A stretch of 41,477 nt of DNA from an uncultured bacterium. GTDB taxonomy: Bacteria > CAYJRR01. The translations under genes and the position numbers were made by a program. This document shows, piece by piece, positions 35,639-41,477 of this stretch (positions are counted from its first letter, which is position 1; each line of letters starts with the position of its first letter). The stretch spans positions 1 to 41,477 of the forward strand of contig CAYJRR010000022.1 of assembly GCA_964372275.1 (NCBI GenBank). Direction: 5' to 3'. The notes under the pieces are model-generated. The model ran no database searches. It saw only the letters and a list, made by a program, of their open reading frames with translations, and was not told the origin of the DNA.

Positions 35639-37534
35639 GTGGTCCCGCCCACGACGAGCGCCCAGCGCTTGGGTCGCTACCACCTCGTCCGGCTCGTCGG
35701 GACGGGAGGGATGGCCGAGATCTGGAAGGCCAAGGCGCAGGGGCCCGCCGGATTCGAGAAGGTCGTCGCCATCAAGAAGGTCCTCTCCCAGCTGGTCCAG
35801 GAGGGGGAGTTCACGGAGATGTTCGTCGAGGAGGCGAAGCTCGTCGCCACCCTCGCGCACCCGAACATCGTGCAGGTGTTCGACTTCGGACAGGTCGGTC
35901 GCGCCGACTACTTCATCGCGATGGAGTACGTCCCCGGCGGCAACCTGGCGCAGCTGCTCCACCGCTTGAAGGAGGCAGGCAGCCGCCTGCCGCGCGAGGT
36001 CGGTCTCTACATCGGCGTCGAGGCCTGCAAGGGTCTCGGGTTTGCGCACACCAAGACCGACGCCACCGGGAAGCCGCTCAACATCGTGCATCGCGATGTC
36101 TCCCCGCAGAACGTGCTGATGTCGTTCGGCGGCGAAGTGAAGGTCTCCGACTTCGGGATCGCCAAGGTGGCGAGCGCGCTCTCGCGCACGCAGACCGGTC
36201 ACGTGCGCGGGAAGCTCGCCTACATGAGCCCCGAGCAGGTCTCGATGCAGCCGCTCGACAACCGCAGCGACCTGTTCGCGCTCGGGGCCGTGATCTACGA
36301 GATGTTGGTCGGGGATCGACTGTTCTGGGCCACCGGCGCCCACGAGCTCTACCAGAAGCTGTCCACGTTTCGTGGTCCGGACGAGCGGGCGTTGGAGAAG
36401 GTGGGCGAGGACGTCGCCCGGATCCTGCGGACCGTCCTCCAGCCACGCGCCGCCGACCGCTTCGCCGATGCCGTGCAGCTCGAGGCGGCGCTGACCGCCG
36501 CGTTGGGGGTCGACGGGATCGTGCAGGCGCGGCGCGCGCTGGCGAGCATGATGCAGCGCCTCTTCGCGGAGGAGCTCAAGCACGAGTCGGAGCCCGATCC
36601 GGTCCTCCCCGAACGGCCGGACGAAGCGACCACCCTTCCGGCGGAACCGCCGACGGCGACGGTCGACGAGCTGAGTCTGAAGAGGAACATTCGCCGGATG
36701 GAGGCGACGACGGCGACCGGCCCCGGGGCGTCGACGCCCGGGCCGACCGACGCGAGGGCGTTGGCGGCGGCCCGGGCGAGAGGGGGAGCGGCCGGGACGG
36801 CGTCGCGGGGGAGTGCGGCGACCGGGGAGGGCCTCGAAACGGCCGTCGACCGGCGCCCACCGGCGCGCGGCGCCGAGGACGGCGTCGCCGGGCCGACGAT
36901 GGTCTCGAAGCACCAGCCGGTTCCGGCGGTGGCGGTGAAGGTCGATCCGCGCGGGGAACGCACCTCGGTCGCGCAGATCCGACCGTGGTGGGGCCCGGCC
37001 GTCGTCGCCGGGATCGTCGTGCTCGCGCTCGCCGCCTTCGGGATCTATACCAGGCCGACGACGCGCGTCGCTTCGACCGCGCCGCCGGCGGCCGGTGGAA
37101 CTGCGTCGGTCCCGGTGATCGCGACGGCCCCCGCCGCGCCGAAGTCCGTCCCGGTGGCCGCCCCCGCCGCCCTTCCGGCGGCCGCGCCCGCTTCCCTCGC
37201 CGCCCCGCCGATCGCGGGCGCCGCACCGTCGACGACCCCGATCCGCGCCCCGGTCGAGGCGCTCCCGGGCGCGAGCCGGAAGGCGCCGGCCAAGGTCGAG
37301 ACCGGCGCTCTGACCGTGACCGCGCGACCATGGGTGGAGATCTGGGTCGACGGCAAGAAGGTCGCAGGAGAGTCGGTTCGCGGCCACCGGCTTCCTGCCG
37401 GACGCCATTCGCTCCGTCTGATCAACGCCACCGCCGGCTTCGACCGGTCGATGTCGATCGAGGTCCCCGCCGACGGCGAGCTGCGCTTCGCGGTCGACGT
37501 GAAGGCCGGCACCGTCCGGGCCGTCTCTCCCTAG
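35639..37534 (+). CDS. Membrane Ser/Thr protein kinase with C-terminal PEGA-like domain
   Basis: GTGGMAEIW, VAIKK, HRDVSPQNV, DFGIAK, GKLAYMSPEQ, SDLFALG; TM segment; ARPWVEIWVDG...LPAGRH. Start is GTG 35639 or GTG 35624. Confidence 0.92.
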   Translation: MVPPTTSAQRLGRYHLVRLVGTGGMAEIWKAKAQGPAGFEKVVAIKKVLSQLVQEGEFTEMFVEEAKLVATLAHPNIVQVFDFGQVGRADYFIAMEYVPGGNLAQLLHRLKEAGSRLPREVGLYIGVEACKGLGFAHTKTDATGKPLNIVHRDVSPQNVLMSFGGEVKVSDFGIAKVASALSRTQTGHVRGKLAYMSPEQVSMQPLDNRSDLFALGAVIYEMLVGDRLFWATGAHELYQKLSTFRGPDERALEKVGEDVARILRTVLQPRAADRFADAVQLEAALTAALGVDGIVQARRALASMMQRLFAEELKHESEPDPVLPERPDEATTLPAEPPTATVDELSLKRNIRRMEATTATGPGASTPGPTDARALAAARARGGAAGTASRGSAATGEGLETAVDRRPPARGAEDGVAGPTMVSKHQPVPAVAVKVDPRGERTSVAQIRPWWGPAVVAGIVVLALAAFGIYTRPTTRVASTAPPAAGGTASVPVIATAPAAPKSVPVAAPAALPAAAPASLAAPPIAGAAPSTTPIRAPVEALPGASRKAPAKVETGALTVTARPWVEIWVDGKKVAGESVRGHRLPAGRHSLRLINATAGFDRSMSIEVPADGELRFAVDVKAGTVRAVSP

Positions 37535-39462
37535 AACCGCCAGCCCGCGGTGAGGCCGAGGGCGTGGAACGATTCGTCGATCGTGGCGTCGACGATCTCG
37601 GGGTCGGTGGGGATGGTGGAGACTCCGTCGAACCGGACCTGCCGGAGTTCCCCCTCGTAGTAGAGGCCGAACGTCCACCGTGCTCCGGCGTCGGCCGAAA
37701 CGCCCACGCTCCAGCCGACCGCCGGGCCGGGGTCGGGATCGTCGCCGCTGCTGCCCTCCGGAGACTCGGTCCACGAGAGGCCCGGCGCCACGGCGAGGGC
37801 GCCACGGAACGAATACGCCGTCCCCCCGATCCCGAACGGCACCGCCGTCGAGAGCCGCAGCTCCGCCGATCTTCGCCGGTACGAGGTGAGCAGTCCGAGC
37901 GTGCCGCTGTCGTCCGGTCCGGCCTCCGGGTCCTCGAAGTCGTTCGACCGGTGCGTCTCGGCGATCGTGCCCACCGACGCCGCGAGCGACGGGCCGTTCG
38001 CCCCTTTCGGTCTCCATCGGCCACCGACCGAGGCCCGCACGCGGTGACTCGACCCGCCGTCGGTCGTCCCCGGCTCGCCGTTCGGCAGATCGACTTCGAG
38101 CGAGGAGAAGGAGTACGAGAGCAGCATCGCGTCGGCTTCGAGGAACAGCGCCCTCCAGCCCGCCGCGACGCGCGCCCGAGGACCGGCGCCGTTGAAGGAG
38201 CTGTCGAAGGGGCCCCAGTCCCGGCCGCGCAGCGATCGGGTGCGCAGCACGAAAAGCCCGCCTCCTTCGGCGTCGACGTCGACCGCTCCCCGGGCACGTG
38301 CTTTGGCCGATTCGCGCGGAGGGACGGGACCGCGGCCACCCGGCGAACGGTCCGAAATGGCGCGGCCGTCGCCGCCACGTCCTTCGCTCCCCGCTCCGCG
38401 CGGTTCGGCGCCCGGGGCCCGAACCTCGATGCCGACCCGGAGCTTCTGTTCGGTCCACGCGGCGAGCGCGCCGCCCGCGGCCTCCGCCGCCGTGAACTTG
38501 TTCGCCGTGGCCCGCGCCGATCCGTCGAGCGCGACGATCGCCGCGCGGACCTCCGGCATCTCGCCCCGGGTCCCCACCAGTACGAGCCAATCGACGCCTC
38601 GGGAGGCGAAAGCGGCGAGCAGGACGGCGTCGTCGGGTCCGGGGGCGCCTCGCCACAAGAGCGCGTCGAACGCCACCTCCACCGGCGGATCGATCGCGCT
38701 CGGAAGCGCCATCACCAGCGCCATCGGTTCGCCCGTCCGCGCATCCCCGGAGGACTCCGCGGGCCCCGGTGGGCTCGGCACCTGGAAGGTCCGCGTTACC
38801 TCCCGGCGTCCCGGCGCGGCGACGGCCAACGTGTGCCTTCCCGCCGTGGCGTGGAAGGTCGGCCCGACGGTGCGTCCGTCGAGCTTCACCCACGATCGCG
38901 GGGGCAGGCCGTCGACGGCGATCGGGGTGAACCGGTGTTTCCGGCGGATCCGGTCGATCGCCTCCTTGAGCGACGGTCGGAACTCCTGCAGGTCGACGAC
39001 GAGCTTCGGATCGAGGCTGAGCGCGGCGAGCGCCTCCGACTCCGCCTGGGCCTGGTCGTTCAGCGCGAGGAAGACGGCCGTCCTCCACAGCAGGAGGCGG
39101 ATCCGTTCGGCGAGCGGGAAGGAGCCGCTCTTTTCCAGGATCAGCGCGATGGCCGACAGCCGGTCGAGGGCCACCGCCGACCGATCTTCGTAGTAGGCAT
39201 CGCTCGCCTGCTGGAACAGGGTGGTGACCTCACGCAGGGTGGCCGGATCGACCGGCGGGTCATCGCCCCGAGCGCCGGCGAGGTCGACCAGCGTCAACCG
39301 CCGGCCCGCGACCAGCCGCGTCTCGACCGTCCGCTGCAGCTCCCCCGCGGTCGCCGCGGGCCCGAGCCCGATCACCGCGACGCGATTCCTCTCCGCGGCG
39401 TCGGCCGTCGTGGACGCGATCGTCGCGAGGACGAAGGTCAGCAGGACCCGAAGCGAACGCAT
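37531..39462 (-). CDS. Secreted protein with helical N-domain, PEGA-like domain and C-terminal outer-membrane beta-barrel
   Basis: Signal peptide ending ADA; VKLDGR...GRHTLAVAAPG PEGA-like motif; amphipathic strands ending LGLTAGWRF (terminal Phe). Confidence 0.75.
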   Translation of the reverse strand: MRSLRVLLTFVLATIASTTADAAERNRVAVIGLGPAATAGELQRTVETRLVAGRRLTLVDLAGARGDDPPVDPATLREVTTLFQQASDAYYEDRSAVALDRLSAIALILEKSGSFPLAERIRLLLWRTAVFLALNDQAQAESEALAALSLDPKLVVDLQEFRPSLKEAIDRIRRKHRFTPIAVDGLPPRSWVKLDGRTVGPTFHATAGRHTLAVAAPGRREVTRTFQVPSPPGPAESSGDARTGEPMALVMALPSAIDPPVEVAFDALLWRGAPGPDDAVLLAAFASRGVDWLVLVGTRGEMPEVRAAIVALDGSARATANKFTAAEAAGGALAAWTEQKLRVGIEVRAPGAEPRGAGSEGRGGDGRAISDRSPGGRGPVPPRESAKARARGAVDVDAEGGGLFVLRTRSLRGRDWGPFDSSFNGAGPRARVAAGWRALFLEADAMLLSYSFSSLEVDLPNGEPGTTDGGSSHRVRASVGGRWRPKGANGPSLAASVGTIAETHRSNDFEDPEAGPDDSGTLGLLTSYRRRSAELRLSTAVPFGIGGTAYSFRGALAVAPGLSWTESPEGSSGDDPDPGPAVGWSVGVSADAGARWTFGLYYEGELRQVRFDGVSTIPTDPEIVDATIDESFHALGLTAGWRF

Positions 39463-39492
39463 CCGATCCGGATCATACGACCATCCGCCGCG

Positions 39493-40827
39493 TCACGCGC
39501 CCGAGACCGACACCCCGTCGAACAGGAGAGACGGGATGCGCACCGAGGAGTAGGTCCAGACGTCCGACCCCAGCTCGGCCAGCCTCTCCCAGAAGTCGCG
39601 GTGGTTGCCGGAGAGGTTCATCTCGGCGATCGCCTCCTGGCGCCGACCGTTCTCCACCCGGTATCCCTGGATACCGACCGAGAAGTCGCCGGTCAGGCTG
39701 TTGGAGTTCCCGCCGAGGAACGAGGTGACGACGATCCCGCGTTTCATCGACCCCTGGAGCGCGGCGAAGTCACGGGTTCCGGAGGAGATCACCAGGTTCG
39801 ACATCCCGCCGGTGGTCGGCTCCATCTTCAGCTTCTTGCCGTAGTAGGTGTCGACGAAGTAGTTGCGGAGTACCCCCTTCTCCACGATCGGCAGCCGCCG
39901 GGAGGAGATCCCTTCGCCGTCGAAGAGACGCGATCCGAGGGCGCCGGGGATCAGCGGGTCGTCGACGACGGTGAGCTTTTCCGAAACGACCTTCTGTCCT
40001 CGCTTTCCGTCGAGGAAGGAGCGCTTCTGCTGCAATGCGGAGGCGCTCGTCGCCGCCAGGAAGAAGCCGAGCAGCCGCCCCGCCGACCGGTTCTCCACCA
40101 GCACCGGTAGCGTTCCCCCCGCGACCTTGCGCGCGCCGATCCTCGCCCGGGCTCGATCGACCGCGGCGCGTCCAATCGCCGCCGGATCCCGGATCTCGTC
40201 GAAGCGCCGCGCGACGACGTACCAATAGTCTTCGGGCCGCTTGTCGCCGTCCTTCACCGTCGCTTCGGCGTAGGCCGAGAACGAGGTCGAGTCCTGCGTT
40301 CCGCGGAAGCCGTTGGAGGTGACGCGGATCGACTCCCCCCAGCCGTCGCTGAAGGAGGTGGTCACCGATTGGATCTCTCCCGGCTCGCCGGCCGCGAGGG
40401 CCGCGTCCTCGATCTCCCGCGCTTTGGCCTTGCGCGAGGCGGTCTCGACCTTCCCGTACGCAGGATCGGCCGATCCGAGGTCGACCGACGGGCGGTTCTC
40501 GTACAGCGTCGGGTCGGGGAGCGTGCGGAACGGGTCGGGTTCGAGCAGCCGGGTCATCGCCAGCGCGTTCTCGAGGAAGGGGGCCACCGACTCCCAGCGC
40601 AGGTCGTTCGTCGAGTGGCCGGAGAAGCGCCCGTCGGCGTAGACCGCCACCGACATCGACGCGGAGGCCGACTCCTGGAGCTTCTCGACCTTCCGCTCCC
40701 GGATCTCGCACTCCACCGAGCGGCCGCGGCCGACGACGACCGCGACCTCCTTGGCCCCCTTTTTCAGGAGGTGCTCGATCGACCGGTCGGCCAGCGCCGT
40801 CAACGCCTCGGAAGAGAGGGCGCTCAT
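39493..40827 (-). CDS. pmbA: TldD/PmbA family protein (PmbA/TldE subunit)
   Basis: DDPLIPGALGSRLFDGEG, GGNSNSLTGDFSVG, EMNLSGN; no HExxxH; lies downstream of tldD. Confidence 0.9.
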   Translation of the reverse strand: MSALSSEALTALADRSIEHLLKKGAKEVAVVVGRGRSVECEIRERKVEKLQESASASMSVAVYADGRFSGHSTNDLRWESVAPFLENALAMTRLLEPDPFRTLPDPTLYENRPSVDLGSADPAYGKVETASRKAKAREIEDAALAAGEPGEIQSVTTSFSDGWGESIRVTSNGFRGTQDSTSFSAYAEATVKDGDKRPEDYWYVVARRFDEIRDPAAIGRAAVDRARARIGARKVAGGTLPVLVENRSAGRLLGFFLAATSASALQQKRSFLDGKRGQKVVSEKLTVVDDPLIPGALGSRLFDGEGISSRRLPIVEKGVLRNYFVDTYYGKKLKMEPTTGGMSNLVISSGTRDFAALQGSMKRGIVVTSFLGGNSNSLTGDFSVGIQGYRVENGRRQEAIAEMNLSGNHRDFWERLAELGSDVWTYSSVRIPSLLFDGVSVSGA

Positions 40828-41477
40828 GCCCGGCCTCCGACCGTCATCGCCGAGACCTTCACCGTCGGCATCCCCTGCGACACCGGGACGCTCTGGCCGT
40901 TCTTGCCGCAGGTCCAGCCCCCTTCGTCGATCTGCAGGTCGTCGGCGACCATGGTGATCTTGGCCAGGACCTCCGGACCGTTGCCGATGAGATTGGTGTC
41001 CTTGATCGGCCGGGTGAGCTTCCCGTCCTCGATCAGGAAGCCGGTCTTGACGAAGAAGGTGAAGTCGCCGGCGCCGATGTTCACCTGGCCGTTCGAGAAC
41101 GACTCGCAGTAGATCCCCTTCTTCACCGAGCGGACGATCTCCTCCGCCTTGTGCGGCCCCGGGAGCATGTAGGTGGCGCGCATGCGCGGCATCGGGACGT
41201 GGCGGAACGATTCGCGCCGCCCGGAACCGGTCGGCTTCACGCCGTAGTGCTTGGCGCTGATCCGGTCGTGCAGGTAGGAGGCGAGCACGCCGTCCTGCAC
41301 CAGATGGGTCTTCTCGGTGGCGTTCCCCTCGTCGTCGACGTTGATCGCGCCGCGCGCGTTCTCCACCGTGCCGTCGTCGACCACGTTGACGAACGACTCG
41401 GCGATCGGCTTCCCCATGCGCGTGGCGTAGGTCGAGGTCCCCTTGCGGTTGAAGTCGGCCTCCATCCCGTGGCCGAT
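40824..41477 (-). CDS. tldD: Metalloprotease TldD, 3' part (cut by the window edge)
   Basis: IGHGMEADFNRKG, DDEG, TGSGRRES, PMPRMRATY, CGKNGQSVPVSQGMPT. Confidence 0.93.
   Translation of the reverse strand: MGHGMEADFNRKGTSTYATRMGKPIAESFVNVVDDGTVENARGAINVDDEGNATEKTHLVQDGVLASYLHDRISAKHYGVKPTGSGRRESFRHVPMPRMRATYMLPGPHKAEEIVRSVKKGIYCESFSNGQVNIGAGDFTFFVKTGFLIEDGKLTRPIKDTNLIGNGPEVLAKITMVADDLQIDEGGWTCGKNGQSVPVSQGMPTVKVSAMTVGGRA

Noticed and set aside
35014-40110. Very long ORFs (1698 aa on +, 1253 aa on -) and many similar overlapping ORFs across the window
   Set aside because: Low-complexity R/G/P/A translations overlapping well-supported genes; expected from stop-codon scarcity at high GC.
39493-41477. 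tldD-pmbA as part of a RiPP (microcin-type) cluster
   Set aside because: No precursor peptide or YcaO/modification genes are visible; this looks like the ordinary housekeeping pair.

Overview
A very GC-rich (roughly 70% by eye), gene-dense bacterial chromosomal segment. PEGA/Ser-Thr kinase proteins, CHASE2, FG-GAP, exosortase K and many sigma54 motifs suggest a Myxococcota-like deltaproteobacterium (inference). Left part: a 5'-anomalous hrpB, an EVE protein, sodC, a stand-alone PaaA-like di-iron protein, an FG-GAP protein, a CoA-binding protein, two tandem MBL hydrolases, a Tat-lipoprotein DUF885 and an NCS2/AzgA-like permease. About 11.3-20.5 kb: an accessory block of exported unknown proteins, several with sigma54 (-24/-12) motifs, including a Flp-prepilin fused to a papain-like (C39-type) peptidase downstream of GAF-His kinase, CHASE2-Ser/Thr kinase and TPR genes. 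Centre: argC-argB-orphan DNA methyltransferase, a beta-propeller-like lipoprotein and a bacterial lysyl oxidase lipoprotein. 25.3-34.0 kb: a reductive pyrimidine catabolism operon (mmsA, ureidopropionase, hydA, class III aminotransferase, preA, NCS1). Its PreA lacks Fe-S motifs, resembles plant PYD1 and has no preT in the operon. Right part: a truncated vWA/VIT-type gene plus exosortase K, a PEGA Ser/Thr kinase, a PEGA-beta-barrel protein and pmbA-tldD. No rRNA, tRNA, CRISPR array or mobile element was recognised. All family calls come from motif recognition by eye; no searches were run.
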